64,000 bases of DNA from an uncultured Chloroflexia bacterium (lineage in GTDB: Bacteria; Chloroflexota; Dehalococcoidia; DSTF01; JALHUB01): NCBI GenBank assembly GCA_963726245.1, contig CAVSBT010000015.1, forward strand, positions 1 through 64,000, read 5' to 3'. Both the position numbers and the translations under genes were made by a program. The notes under the pieces were generated by a model. That model made no database searches, was not told the DNA's origin, and worked only from the letters and a program-made list of their open reading frames with translations. Every line of letters starts with the position of its first letter. The stretch's first letter is position 1. Shown piece after piece: positions 53,243 through 62,811 of this stretch.

Positions 53243-54316
53243 ATGACTACGGATCAGTCCACCGCACAATCCGCCCCGGCCACCACGGAGAGGCAGCGAT
53301 CTCTCGAGCTGGCGATCGGCCAGATAGAGAAGCAGTTCGGCCGGGGCGCCATCATGCGCCTCGGCGAGGCCTCGGCCCATCTCCAGGTCGAGACCATCCC
53401 CACCGGCTCCCTGGCCCTCGATATGGCCCTCGGCGTGGGCGGCATCCCTCGGTCCAGGGTGACCGAGATCTTCGGGCCGGAGTCTACCGGCAAGTCTACC
53501 CTTGCCCAGCACATCATCGCCGAGGCCCAGAAGATGGGCGGCATGGCGGCCTACATCGACGTGGAGCACGCCCTGGAGCCCTCCTACGCCGGCGCCCTCG
53601 GCGTCAACATAGAGGACCTCCTGATCTCCCAGCCTGACACCGGCGAGCAGGCGCTGGAGATCGCCGAGGCCCTGGTGCGCAGCAACGCCGTGGACGTCGT
53701 GGTGGTGGACAGCGTCGCCGCCCTGGTGCCCCGGGCCGAGATCGAGGGGGAGATGGGCGACTCGCTTCCCGGTCTGCAGGCGCGCCTCATGTCCCAAGCC
53801 CTGCGCAAGCTGTCGGCGGCCATCGCGCGCTCCCACACCGCCGTCATCTTCATCAACCAGTTGCGGGAGAAGGTGGGCATCGTCTTCGGGAATCCGGAGG
53901 TGACGCCGGGGGGCCGCGCCCTCAAGTTCTACAGCTCGGTCCGCATCGACCTGAGGCGTGTGGAGTCCATCAAGCAAGGGCCGCAGGTCATCGGGAGCCG
54001 CGTGCGGGCGAAGGTGGTGAAGAACAAGGTGGCGGCGCCCTTCCGCACGGCCGAGTTTGACATAATGTTTACGGGCAAGAGCCTGGGGATTAGCCGCGAG
54101 GGCGACATCATCGACCTGGGGGTGGAGATGGCGGTGCTCAAGAAGATGGGCGCCTTCATCAGCTACGGCGACCTGCGCCTGGGGCAGGGCCGCGAGGCCG
54201 CGAAGGAGTACCTGCGCCAGAACCCCCAAGTGGCCATCGAGATCGAGCAGCGGATCCGGGACAGCGCCGGCGGCCACGCGGCAGCGGCCCCTGGCGAGGG
54301 GGGAGACGAGGCCTAG
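53243..54316 (+). CDS. recA: Recombinase RecA
   Basis: [67 protein letters not shown]. Confidence 0.98.
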   Translation: MTTDQSTAQSAPATTERQRSLELAIGQIEKQFGRGAIMRLGEASAHLQVETIPTGSLALDMALGVGGIPRSRVTEIFGPESTGKSTLAQHIIAEAQKMGGMAAYIDVEHALEPSYAGALGVNIEDLLISQPDTGEQALEIAEALVRSNAVDVVVVDSVAALVPRAEIEGEMGDSLPGLQARLMSQALRKLSAAIARSHTAVIFINQLREKVGIVFGNPEVTPGGRALKFYSSVRIDLRRVESIKQGPQVIGSRVRAKVVKNKVAAPFRTAEFDIMFTGKSLGISREGDIIDLGVEMAVLKKMGAFISYGDLRLGQGREAAKEYLRQNPQVAIEIEQRIRDSAGGHAAAAPGEGGDEA

Positions 54317-54342
54317 CCGTCCGTCGAGAACGCTGAGGAACC

Positions 54343-54374
54343 AGGAGGCCCGGCCCACCTGGGCCGGGCCTCCT
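54343..54374 (+). terminator. Perfect 15-bp hairpin between recA and recX (attenuator/terminator-like)
   Basis: AGGAGGCCCGGCCCA-cc-TGGGCCGGGCCTCCT. Confidence 0.7.
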
Positions 54375-54387
54375 TGATTAGCAGTCG

Positions 54388-55020
54388 ATGATCATCTCCT
54401 CCATCGAGAAGCAGAAGCGGCGCCCGCGGGTCAACGTCTACGGCGACGAGGGCCGCTTCGCCTTCGCTCTCGCCCTGCACCTGGCCCAGGACGCCGGCCT
54501 CCACACCGACATGGAGCTCAGCGAGGCGCAGGTGGGCGCCCTCCAGGAGGCCGACGCCCAGCACTTGGCCTACGACGCCGCGCTGAGGCTCCTCTCCTAC
54601 CGGCCGCGCAGCGAGAAGGAGATGCGCCGCCGCCTGGCCCGCCGGGGCATCGGCCTGCGGCACATCGACGAGACGGTGCGCCGGCTCAGGGAGCGGGGCT
54701 ACTTGGACGACGAGGCCTTCGCGCGCTTCTGGACGGAGAGCCGGGAGGCCACCAGCCCCCGAGGTCGACGCCTCATCGTCCAGGAGCTGCGGGCCCAGGG
54801 GGTGGCCGCTGAGACGGCCGCTGCCGCCACGGCCTCCGTCGCCGATGAAGAGGCCGCCTATCGCGCCGCCGGCCGCCGCCTGAACGCCTTCCGCGGCCTT
54901 GACTATGAGACCTTCCGGCGTCGCCTGGGCGGGTTCCTGGTGCGCCGCGGCTTCTCCTACGAGGTGGCCCGTCGCACGATGGACCGCTGCTGGCAGGAGG
55001 CCGGCGAGAAGGAGCAATAG
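54388..55020 (+). CDS. recX: Regulatory protein RecX
   Basis: ALRLLSYRPRSEKE, GYLDDEAFA, QELRAQGV, FLVRRGFSY; downstream of recA. Confidence 0.92.
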   Translation: MIISSIEKQKRRPRVNVYGDEGRFAFALALHLAQDAGLHTDMELSEAQVGALQEADAQHLAYDAALRLLSYRPRSEKEMRRRLARRGIGLRHIDETVRRLRERGYLDDEAFARFWTESREATSPRGRRLIVQELRAQGVAAETAAAATASVADEEAAYRAAGRRLNAFRGLDYETFRRRLGGFLVRRGFSYEVARRTMDRCWQEAGEKEQ

Positions 55021-55080
55021 GCAACAAGGAACAGGCAACAAGGGGGTGGACCTTGTTGCTAACCGCTTGTTGCTGGTTGC
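55014..55080. repeat. 4+4 inverted heptamer array (hairpin) overlapping the recX stop codon
   Basis: GCAATAG GCAACAA GGAACAG GCAACAA-ggggtggacc-TTGTTGC TAACCGC TTGTTGC TGGTTGC. Confidence 0.85.
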
Positions 55081-55100
55081 TCTCCGCCTCGCTCGATTCC

Positions 55101-55130
55101 TTGACACCCTAGCTGAGCTGCCCGTATCAT
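55101..55130 (+). promoter_or_regulatory. Sigma70-type promoter of rny
   Basis: TTGACA(55101)-18 bp-TATCAT(55125), about 100 nt upstream of the ATG. Confidence 0.6.
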
Positions 55131-55232
55131 GAATCTGAAAATCGGTCCCGCCGGTGGCGGGTTCAACATTTGATGGATCAACCAAGACATAATCGAGACA
55201 AGGAGAACGCCTAAACAGAAAGAGAGGTTGCA

Positions 55233-56768
55233 ATGCCCGTAGCCATAGTCTTGGGCGTCGTCATGGGCGTCCTGGGGCTGGCGATCGGGGCTCTTCTCGG
55301 CAACACCATAAGACGGAGGATCGGCCAGGGGCGTTTAGAGGCAGCGGAAACAAATGCTGCCAAGATCCTCGCAGAAGCTCAGACCAGACAAAAGGAGATC
55401 CTTCTAGAGGCAAAAGAAGAGGCAATTCGACTGCGGGCCCAGGTTGAGGCCGAGCTCAAGGAGCGAAGAGCCGAAGTCCTGAAGCTGGAGCAGCGTGTTA
55501 CCCAGCGAGAAGAGAACCTGGATCGCAAGCTAGAGGCCCTGGACCGCCGCAATCAATCCGTCGACGAGAAGGAAAAGGAGTTAGCCAGCACCAGGGCAGA
55601 CCTAGATGAGCTGCGCAAGAAGCAGCTTGAGGAAATAGAAAGGATATCAGGCTTAACCAGCCAGGAGGCCCGTGGCATACTCCTGGCGGAGGTGGAGAAG
55701 GAGGTCCGGGACGACGCCAACCGCCGCGTTCGCGCCGTAGAGGCGGAGGTAAAAGAGGAAGGCGAGGCGCGCATCCGTGACACCCTGGCCACCGTCATGC
55801 AACGGTTGGCCACTGACGTTGTCGCCGAATCCACTGTCTCTGTAGTGCCCATCCCCAGCGATGACATGAAGGGCCGGATTATCGGTCGCGAGGGCCGCAA
55901 CATCCGCGCCCTCGAGGCCGCCACCGGCGTCGACCTCATAATCGACGACACTCCGGACGCCGTCACCCTCTCCGGCTTCGACCCGGTGCGACGGGAGATT
56001 GCCCGCGTCGCCCTCACCAAGCTGGTGACCGACGGGCGCATCCATCCCACGCGCATCGAAGAGGTGGTGGAGAAGGCCCGCCAGGAGGTGGAGGTAGGCA
56101 TCAAGGACGCCGGCGAGGAGGCGGCCATCGAGGCGGGCTGTCCCGGTTTTCACCCCGAGCTCCTGAAGACCCTGGGCCGCCTCAAGTTCCGCACTAGCTA
56201 CGGACAGAACCAGCTCATGCACGCCGTGGAGAGCGCCCACATCGCCGGCCTCCTCGCCGAGGAGATCGGCGCCGATGTCAACATCTGCCGCCGGGGCGCC
56301 CTTCTCCACGACCTGGGGAAGGCCATCGACCACGAGGTTGAGGGTACCCACGCCGTCATCGGCGCAGAGCTGGCCCGTCGATTCAGCGTCAGCCCGGCGG
56401 TGGTCCACTGCATCGCTGCTCACCACGAAGAGGAAGAGCCGAAAACGGTGGAGGCCGTTATCGTCCAGATCGCTGATGCCATCAGCGGCAGCCGCCCCGG
56501 GGCGCGCATGGAGACGCTGGAGCACTACATCAAGCGGCTCGAGGCGCTGGAGAGCCTGGCCATCGGCTTCGAGGGCGTCGAAAAGGCCTTCGCCATCCAG
56601 GCCGGCCGTGAGATCCGCATCATCGTCAAGCCCGAGGAAGTGGACGACCTGGCCTCGATGCGACTGGCCAGGGACATTAGTCGCAAGATCGAAGAGAGCC
56701 TGGAGTACCCCGGGCAGATCAAGGTGACCGTGGTCCGCGAGACGAGGGCCGTAGACTACGCCAAGTAG
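55233..56768 (+). CDS. rny: Ribonuclease Y
   Basis: N-terminal TM helix, coiled coil, KH motif [16 protein letters not shown] domain [26 protein letters not shown]. Confidence 0.97.
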   Translation: MPVAIVLGVVMGVLGLAIGALLGNTIRRRIGQGRLEAAETNAAKILAEAQTRQKEILLEAKEEAIRLRAQVEAELKERRAEVLKLEQRVTQREENLDRKLEALDRRNQSVDEKEKELASTRADLDELRKKQLEEIERISGLTSQEARGILLAEVEKEVRDDANRRVRAVEAEVKEEGEARIRDTLATVMQRLATDVVAESTVSVVPIPSDDMKGRIIGREGRNIRALEAATGVDLIIDDTPDAVTLSGFDPVRREIARVALTKLVTDGRIHPTRIEEVVEKARQEVEVGIKDAGEEAAIEAGCPGFHPELLKTLGRLKFRTSYGQNQLMHAVESAHIAGLLAEEIGADVNICRRGALLHDLGKAIDHEVEGTHAVIGAELARRFSVSPAVVHCIAAHHEEEEPKTVEAVIVQIADAISGSRPGARMETLEHYIKRLEALESLAIGFEGVEKAFAIQAGREIRIIVKPEEVDDLASMRLARDISRKIEESLEYPGQIKVTVVRETRAVDYAK

Positions 56769-56843
56769 ATAAGCGATGGGGAGCGGCGAGGTCCACAGAA
56801 GCGAGGATGGCCGCTCCTCATTGCATGTCCTAGAGGAGGCGCC

Positions 56844-57623
56844 GTGAAGGTGCTGATGGTGGGCGACGTGATGGGACGGCCCGGCCGGCGGGCTGTGGCT
56901 GCCCTCTTGCCCGGCCTGCGACAGGAACTGGGCGTGGACCTGACCATCTGCAACGGCGAGAACGCCGCCGCCGGCCGTGGCCTCACCCTGGCCACGTCGC
57001 GCGAGCTGTTCGACGCTGGGGTGGACGTCATCACCTCCGGCAATCATATCTGGGACCAGAAGGAGATCATCCCCTGGCTGGATGAGGACGCCCCCATCCT
57101 TCGCCCTCACAACTACCCTCCGGGGACGCCGGGGCGCGGCGTCATGACCTGCAATGGGCTGACCATTGTCAACCTCCAGGGCCGCACGTTCATGCTCGCC
57201 CTGGATTGCCCCTTTCGTGCCGCTGATGCTATCTTGAAGCAACTGCCGGCGAGGTCCGCTGTCTTCGTCGACCTGCACGCGGAAGCCACGAGCGAGAAGG
57301 TAGCCCTGGGCTGGTACCTGGACGGCCGCGTCTCCGCTGTCGTGGGCACCCACACGCACGTCGGCACCATCGATGCGCGCGTCCTGCCCAAGGGCACGGC
57401 CTTCGTTTGTGACGTGGGCATGGTGGGAGGCCGGGACTCTGTGATCGGCGACGACGTAGATTCGGTTCTCTCCCGCTTCCTTCATCAGCTCCCCCACCGT
57501 CTCACCGTCGCCGAGAACAGCCGCGTCCTCCAGTTCAACTCCGTCCTCGTCGATATCGACGAGGCCACCGGGCTGGCGCGCAAAATCGTGCGTGTGGATC
57601 GGGAGATAGAGCGCCGTGAGTAG
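56844..57623 (+). CDS. ymdB: YmdB-like 2',3'-cyclic nucleotide phosphodiesterase
   Basis: GDVMGRPGR, NGENAAAG, TSGNH, DLHAEATSEK, GTHTHV, DVGMVG. Confidence 0.93.
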   Translation: MKVLMVGDVMGRPGRRAVAALLPGLRQELGVDLTICNGENAAAGRGLTLATSRELFDAGVDVITSGNHIWDQKEIIPWLDEDAPILRPHNYPPGTPGRGVMTCNGLTIVNLQGRTFMLALDCPFRAADAILKQLPARSAVFVDLHAEATSEKVALGWYLDGRVSAVVGTHTHVGTIDARVLPKGTAFVCDVGMVGGRDSVIGDDVDSVLSRFLHQLPHRLTVAENSRVLQFNSVLVDIDEATGLARKIVRVDREIERRE

Positions 57624-58464
57624 CCGGGCCAATCTCCACACCCACAGTAACTGCTCCGACGGCGTCTTGAGCCCTGCGGCCCTGGTCGAACTGGCCGCCT
57701 CGCGCGGCGTCGAGATCATGGCCCTCACGGACCATGATTCGATGGAGGGTCTGCCCGAGGCCGCGCAGGCGGCGGCCCGGTATCCGGGCTTCACGCTCAT
57801 CCCTGGCGTGGAGATGAGCACCGACATCGCGGGCGGCGAGGTGCATGTGCTGGGCTACTTCCTGGACCCGAAGGACGCCCATCTCCAGGAGGAACTCGCC
57901 CGCCTACGCGACTCGCGGTGGGACCGCGGCCGTCGCATGGTAGAGAAGCTGCACGACCTGGGCGTGAACGTCAGTTGGGAGAGGGTGCAGGCGATCGCCG
58001 GTGGCGGGGCCGTCGGGCGCCCCCACGTGGCGCAGGCTCTGCTCGAGAAGGGGCACGTAGGCACCGTCCAGGAAGCGTTTGACCGCTACATCGGTCGCAA
58101 CGGCCCCGCCTACGCCGACCGCACCAAGATGACACCCGCCGAGGCCGTGGCCTTCCTTCAACAGAGGGGGGCTTTCCCGGTCTTGGCCCATCCCAGGGAG
58201 ACCGGGGACCTCGAAGACCTGCTGCTGGCTCTCCAGGAAGCCGGCCTGGGCGGCATGGAGGTCTACTACCAGGACTACGACGAGGCCAGTGTCGAACGCC
58301 TGCTGACGATAGCCCGCAGGCGTGGCCTGTTGCCCACGGGCGGCAGCGACTATCATGGCCTCGGCGGCGAGCACCAGCGTTTGCCCGGCGACATACCATT
58401 GCCCGACGAAGCCATCGACGCCTTCATGACCCTGGCCGAGAGATACGTCATCCACAGGGCCTGA
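57616..58464 (+). CDS. PHP-domain phosphoesterase (TrpH/YciV-like)
   Basis: LHTHSNCSDG, ALTDHDS, PGVEMS, HVLGY, GRPHVA, LAHP, GGSDYHG. Confidence 0.92.
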   Translation: MSSRANLHTHSNCSDGVLSPAALVELAASRGVEIMALTDHDSMEGLPEAAQAAARYPGFTLIPGVEMSTDIAGGEVHVLGYFLDPKDAHLQEELARLRDSRWDRGRRMVEKLHDLGVNVSWERVQAIAGGGAVGRPHVAQALLEKGHVGTVQEAFDRYIGRNGPAYADRTKMTPAEAVAFLQQRGAFPVLAHPRETGDLEDLLLALQEAGLGGMEVYYQDYDEASVERLLTIARRRGLLPTGGSDYHGLGGEHQRLPGDIPLPDEAIDAFMTLAERYVIHRA

Positions 58465-58485
58465 GGTTGGCCGTCCACCAGTCGT

Positions 58486-58968
58486 ATGCAGTGTGCCACC
58501 CACCCCTCGGTTGAGACCGAGCTGACCTGCAGTCGCTGCGGCAAGCCCATCTGTCCGCGATGCCTCGTGATCACGCCCGTGGGCGCCCGATGCCGTGAGT
58601 GCGCGCGATTACGGCGTCTGCCCACGTATCAACTGGGCGCTGCCTTCGTGATGCGCGGCCTGGGCGCCGCGGTGGCCGTAGGCGCTGCCGTGGGGGCTCT
58701 TTGGGGATTCCTCGTCCCATTCAACGTCGGCGTCTTCATAGGCCTCTTCCTGGGGCTGGGCCTGGGCTACGCCGTCGGCGAGTCAGTAAGCTGGGCATCC
58801 AACCGCAAGCGAGGTCCCACGCTTCAGGGAATGGCCGTGGTGGGAGTGCTGCTCGCCTACGCGGTCAGAAACTTGGTGGAGGGAGCCGGCGTCTTCTCGG
58901 CCAACGATGTCTTCGGCTACGTGGTGGTAGGCGTCGCCGTCTTCACAGCCATCGGACGCCTTCGCTAA
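58486..58968 (+). CDS. B-box-like zinc finger membrane protein
   Basis: CATHP...CSRCGKPICPRC...GARCREC, then hydrophobic helices. Confidence 0.8.
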   Translation: MQCATHPSVETELTCSRCGKPICPRCLVITPVGARCRECARLRRLPTYQLGAAFVMRGLGAAVAVGAAVGALWGFLVPFNVGVFIGLFLGLGLGYAVGESVSWASNRKRGPTLQGMAVVGVLLAYAVRNLVEGAGVFSANDVFGYVVVGVAVFTAIGRLR

Positions 58969-58985
58969 GTGACGGGCGGCCCCTG

Positions 58986-59273
58986 CTAGCGGAGCACGAA
59001 GGAGATGATGACGACGAGGAGCATCGCACCGCCGCCGATGATGGCGATGCGCCGCAGTTCGCGCAGCACATAGCCGTAGTCGTAGATGCGCGCTTGGGGT
59101 GGCGTGGCGGTAGCCTGCACTATCGGTCGGCGAGGAGCGAAGGGCACCACCTTGGGCCTGGCCGCTCCGCCGGTCTCTGAAACAGGGGCAGCCGGCGCCA
59201 GCAGAGTGCGGCGGCGTGGTCTCTTTCGCGATACGGTTTGTGGCCTGGTGCGAGGGCGCGGTTTTCTTGGCAC
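58986..59273 (-). CDS. Small basic protein with C-terminal TM helix (hypothetical)
   Basis: DYGYVLRELRRIAII...TM; TATAAT on the minus strand near 59315. Confidence 0.6.
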   Translation of the reverse strand: MPRKPRPRTRPQTVSRKRPRRRTLLAPAAPVSETGGAARPKVVPFAPRRPIVQATATPPQARIYDYGYVLRELRRIAIIGGGAMLLVVIISFVLR

Positions 59274-59368
59274 TTCATTCCTCGGGCCCGCAGTCGCGGG
59301 CCAAACTCGCCGCTATTATAGCCGCCCACCGAGCTAGCCACAACGACGGCGGGAGGCAGATCGATTCG

Positions 59369-59397
59369 TTGACAGCGGCCGGCCGCAAGGCTAGAAT
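59369..59397 (+). promoter_or_regulatory. tRNA promoter
   Basis: TTGACA(59369)-17 bp-TAGAAT(59392). Confidence 0.75.
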
Positions 59398-59451
59398 CAG
59401 ACAGGCCCGACGGTCGCGCGTGCGCGTGGCGGCGGGCTCCACATCGCGGGC

Positions 59452-59528
59452 GGCCCCGTGGTGTAGCGGTCTAACATGCCACCCTGTCACGGTGGAGATC
59501 GAGGGTTCGAATCCCTTCGGGGTCGCCA
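59452..59528 (+). tRNA. tRNA-Asp (GTC)
   Basis: Acceptor stem GGCCCCG/CGGGGTC, discriminator G and encoded CCA, anticodon GTC at 59486-59488, T-loop TTCGAAT. Confidence 0.96.
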
Positions 59529-59700
59529 ACAGCAAACACAGACCAACCCGCCTGCCTCTTCTGCCAAGTACCCGGAACAGAGGGGCAAAGGCTGGCTTCG
59601 TCAGTATCCCCTTCACCTCTCCCGTGTCGACAGCGACCTCAGCGAGAACCAGCCTCACCAGGTCGCGCCGCTCCTCGCGAGTGATGCGAGGCCAACTCGT
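59529..59700 (-). pseudogene. C-terminal remnant of a large serine recombinase reading into the tRNA 3' end
   Basis: SWPRITREERRDLVRLVLAEVAVD...ILTKPAFAPLF...ATPKGFEP, where the last part is antisense tRNA; no catalytic domain upstream. Confidence 0.6.
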
Positions 59701-59845
59701 GTCTCGACCATATGGCGCTAGTGTGCGGTGAAGTCGAGTCAGGGCGCTGGAGAGCCAAATGAGTGGGCCGGTTCTGCGGGGGGGACCAGGCGCCTGACGA
59801 TACTAGGCAGGTGCTCTGTTGCGGCCGTGATCACGCGGGGCGAGA

Positions 59846-60232
59846 TCAGGCCGGGCGCCGGTGGGAATAGTATGATGCGATGCCTGAGCGAGGCGACGTC
59901 TCCATGTGCAGGCACGGACCAATCCGGGTGCTAACTCCGTCCGAGGAGGTGAGGAGTTGACCGCTCCGGCTATAGAGGCGGTACTGGATGTCCGCATCGA
60001 GTTCAGCGGGCATATCCAGCAACAGCTCGCCGTCGCTGGACTGGACTCTGACCCCGTCAGGCAAGGGCGAGATGCCCGCTGATTCGCCGGCCGGACAGCC
60101 ATTGGAATCATACAGATGAAAGCCGATCAGGAAGCAGCCATCTGGGGCCAAGCCGATCTTCAGGACGACCTCGCCGCTTGGCGCGTCCACGAAGGAGAGC
60201 GATGTGCCCAGGCGCCGCATTCCTAGCCTCAT
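59846..60232 (-). CDS. Hypothetical protein with an internally repeated (F/Y)xLYxxxG motif
   Basis: RBS GGGGGAG; FHLYDSNG and YRLYSRSG. Confidence 0.55.
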   Translation of the reverse strand: MRLGMRRLGTSLSFVDAPSGEVVLKIGLAPDGCFLIGFHLYDSNGCPAGESAGISPLPDGVRVQSSDGELLLDMPAELDADIQYRLYSRSGQLLTSSDGVSTRIGPCLHMETSPRSGIASYYSHRRPA

Positions 60233-60253
60233 GAGTCACTCCCCCGTCTTGCG

Positions 60254-60583
60254 CTACGCCTTCGACTTATGCGAATGGGCAGGCAGCGTGGGTTTTCGCT
60301 GAGTGCGCCCCGTGCGCGCGGCCTGCCGCCTCACGACCGGCAAAGGACGATTCACGGCGACACTCATCATTCGTCCTTTCAGTTCCGCGCCCTTCAGGGA
60401 TTGCAGGGCGATAGCCGCAGCCCTGTCTTCAAGTTCAACAAGGGCGAAGCCGCGGGTGCGGCCGGCATGATCGCAGGCGACCCGCATTGAGCTGATCTCC
60501 CCGAAAACCGAGAAGACGGTCCGTAAGTCACTAGCTTTGGTCTTAGAGGATAGGTTTCCCACAAGTAGCGTGGTCACTGGCAT
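60254..60583 (-). CDS. RRM (RNP-1) RNA-binding protein
   Basis: LLVGNLS (RNP2), RGFALVE (RNP1), LKGAELKGR; RBS AGGAGG. Confidence 0.85.
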   Translation of the reverse strand: MPVTTLLVGNLSSKTKASDLRTVFSVFGEISSMRVACDHAGRTRGFALVELEDRAAAIALQSLKGAELKGRMMSVAVNRPLPVVRRQAARTGRTQRKPTLPAHSHKSKA

Positions 60584-60676
60584 TCCTCCTCTGCTGGGCG
60601 CGTTCAACCGTCGAGCCGTCGAAGCTCGCATCCGACGCCCTTATGAAGGGCTGTGTGCCAGGGTCAGCGGCTGAGT

Positions 60677-61000
60677 CTAGTAGCGGCTGCGAACAGGTGC
60701 GCGCTGGGCGTAGCACTCCCTGCAATAGACGGGCCGGTCACCCCGTGGTTCGAATGGGACCTCGGCGTTCTTGCCGCACTGGGCACAAACGGCAGTGTGC
60801 ATCTGGCGGGGGGACGAGCTGTAGCCATCCCCATAGCCACGGCCTTCGCCACGCTCTGACCTACGGGCGGCGCGACAACCGGAGCATCGCTTGGGCTCGT
60901 TGGTGAAGCCGCGGCTGGCGTGGTACTCCTGGTCCTCAGCCGAGAAGGTGAATTGGGTACCGCAATCAAGGCACGTTAGGGTTCTGTCTGTGTAAGACAC
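60677..61000 (-). CDS. Zinc-ribbon / CxxC-x17-CxxC domain protein
   Basis: DRTLTCLDCG.QFTFSAEDQEY..RGF.NEPKRC..CR; AVCAQCG...VPFEP...PVYCRECY; RBS GGAGG. Confidence 0.9.
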   Translation of the reverse strand: MSYTDRTLTCLDCGTQFTFSAEDQEYHASRGFTNEPKRCSGCRAARRSERGEGRGYGDGYSSSPRQMHTAVCAQCGKNAEVPFEPRGDRPVYCRECYAQRAPVRSRY

Positions 61001-61287
61001 TCGACGACCTCCTTCAGGGGTCTGCTATTCCGCGTCGTCGAGTGCAAGACAAAATGGGGCTCTGAGTTGCAGATCGAAGACAGGGACTCGTTCTTATGGC
61101 TACTCTAGCACACTTGGCCCCTGCTGTCACGCAAGAGCGCCAAGCCCACCAACTTCTGGTAGCCTGAATCAATTGTCGGTAATTCTTGGGAGAATCACGA
61201 GGGGGATGCCTTCAACGGTCCTGTCTTGGGAGCCTCGCAGGCCGCCAGCACCGGCAGAGGCCGCGAGCACCCTTCGCCGGCGGAGTC

Positions 61288-61872
61288 CTATAGCGACGCC
61301 CCGCAAGTCATGCAGTAGCGCCAGTTGGGGCGAATTGGGGAGCCGCAGCGAGGGCACTGCCCTCCCGAGGCTACGGTCGCGGGCGCGGGCCGGCCCTGGG
61401 CCGGGGCCTGCGTGGGGCGGACGGCGACACGGCGGACCAGCAGGAGGACGCTAGCGGCAACAGCGAAGGCAGTCGCCGCATGGAGGGCCGCGAAGCTGAG
61501 AATAATCCCGTCGACAGATTCGCGTACTCCCATGACCTGGAAGGCGGCGATGGCCGCGGCGGGCAGCGCCAGGTGCCAGCCTGCCGCCCTGCAGAGGACG
61601 CTGTCCCCTCGCCGGTAGAGGGGGATCTTCGTGCCGAGGAAGGCTCCCGCCAGGGCGCCACCGGCCAGGAGGCCCCAGGTCGCCTCCTCCTTCAGGTCGA
61701 TGTCAACGATCAGGATGAGGATCACCAGGCTGAGTGCCGCTCCCGCCCCGGCCATGAGGGTGCCGAGCGAGGAGAAGGGGCGCTCCCTTTGGAGTCTCAC
61801 CACGGTCCACAGGGCGCTGATTAGGACGAGGGCCGCCCCTGCGATGGCAACACCCCGATAGAAGTCGTCCAT
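61288..61872 (-). CDS. Membrane protein with C-terminal zinc ribbon
   Basis: Several TM helices, then CPRCG...YCMTCG. Confidence 0.75.
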   Translation of the reverse strand: MDDFYRGVAIAGAALVLISALWTVVRLQRERPFSSLGTLMAGAGAALSLVILILIVDIDLKEEATWGLLAGGALAGAFLGTKIPLYRRGDSVLCRAAGWHLALPAAAIAAFQVMGVRESVDGIILSFAALHAATAFAVAASVLLLVRRVAVRPTQAPAQGRPAPATVASGGQCPRCGSPIRPNWRYCMTCGASL

Positions 61873-61876
61873 ACCC

Positions 61877-62665
61877 TCAGCCTTCCAGCGTGGCGCCGCA
61901 GCCGGTGCAGAAGCGCTGCTGCGGCTGCGCCTGCCTGCCGCAGCTCGGGCAGAAGCGCGATGGAGCGGCGGCGGGCGCAGGAGCGGCCGGAGCCGGTGGA
62001 GGCGCGGGTGCCGGCGTCACTGTCGCGGCAGGGGCCGAGGCAGGAGTATCGGCCTCGCGGCCCGTCTTGGCGACCCGAGGCAAAAGCGCCCGCCTGCTCA
62101 ACGATGGCTTGCACCTCAGACAGAACCTCTGCACTCGCGGACAGCCCTTCCAGCTCCCAGGCGATGACTGCGGATGACCTTCCTCAGTCCTCGTCAAGGC
62201 GGTAAGGAAGCTCTGTTTGTTGAGACCGTCCTCGTGCAATATGATCACGACGACTTCTGCCGGCTTCCCATCTGGTCGAGATGGGTGACATTCAACGAGA
62301 CCTGAACGGCTGGCGGCCACCCGCTCCAGCAGCATGGCGATCCGCTGCGGCCCCTCTGGGTCCGCGGCCATCTCCGGTTGAACGGGCAGATCGAAGGTGC
62401 AGGCCAGGAGGAGGCGGCTGGGCTGCTGGCCGGAGGCCCGCACGCTGACGCTGAGCGAAGGCTCGCCCGGGAGAGAGACGGTGCAGGCAAGGCCCGCCTC
62501 GTCGTCCTGTTCGACAACGACTGAGAGCGATTCCTCCTGGCACCAGCGCTCGATTCTGTCTCCGAGAACCGTCATCGCGTTCAGTGCTCCCTCGCCGGAC
62601 AAGGGCCTGTCTATATCCGGCGTGCTACTGGCCCTGACCGGTGCTTCTCGCTTCCTCGGCCGCAT
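61877..62665 (-). CDS. Hypothetical protein with Pro/Ala linker and C-terminal zinc ribbon, frameshifted
   Basis: FCPSCG...RFCTGCGATLEG C-terminus. Confidence 0.7.
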   Translation of the reverse strand: MRPRKREAPVRASSTPDIDRPLSGEGALNAMTVLGDRIERWCQEESLSVVVEQDDEAGLACTVSLPGEPSLSVSVRASGQQPSRLLLACTFDLPVQPEMAADPEGPQRIAMLLERVAASRSGLVECHPSRPDGKPAEVVVIILHEDGLNKQSFLTALTRTEEGHPQSSPGSWKGCPRVQRFCLRCKPSLSRRALLPRVAKTGREADTPASAPAATVTPAPAPPPAPAAPAPAAAPSRFCPSCGRQAQPQQRFCTGCGATLEG

Positions 62666-62811
62666 GCGTTCGCTGCGAACGGAGGTCGATCCACCCGTTT
62701 TGTGGTCGCTTCTCTAAGCGCATGTTTGCCTCGTCATAGGCGGCCCCTGTTGAGTCCAATTTCTACCCTGGACCCTGCCCTGCAGAGTGCCGCGTTGGCC
62801 TTCGTCTGCGA

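Noticed and set aside
42629-54316. Inteins in NrdJ or RecA
   Set aside because: There are no large insertions or intein terminal motifs, and RecA is normal length.
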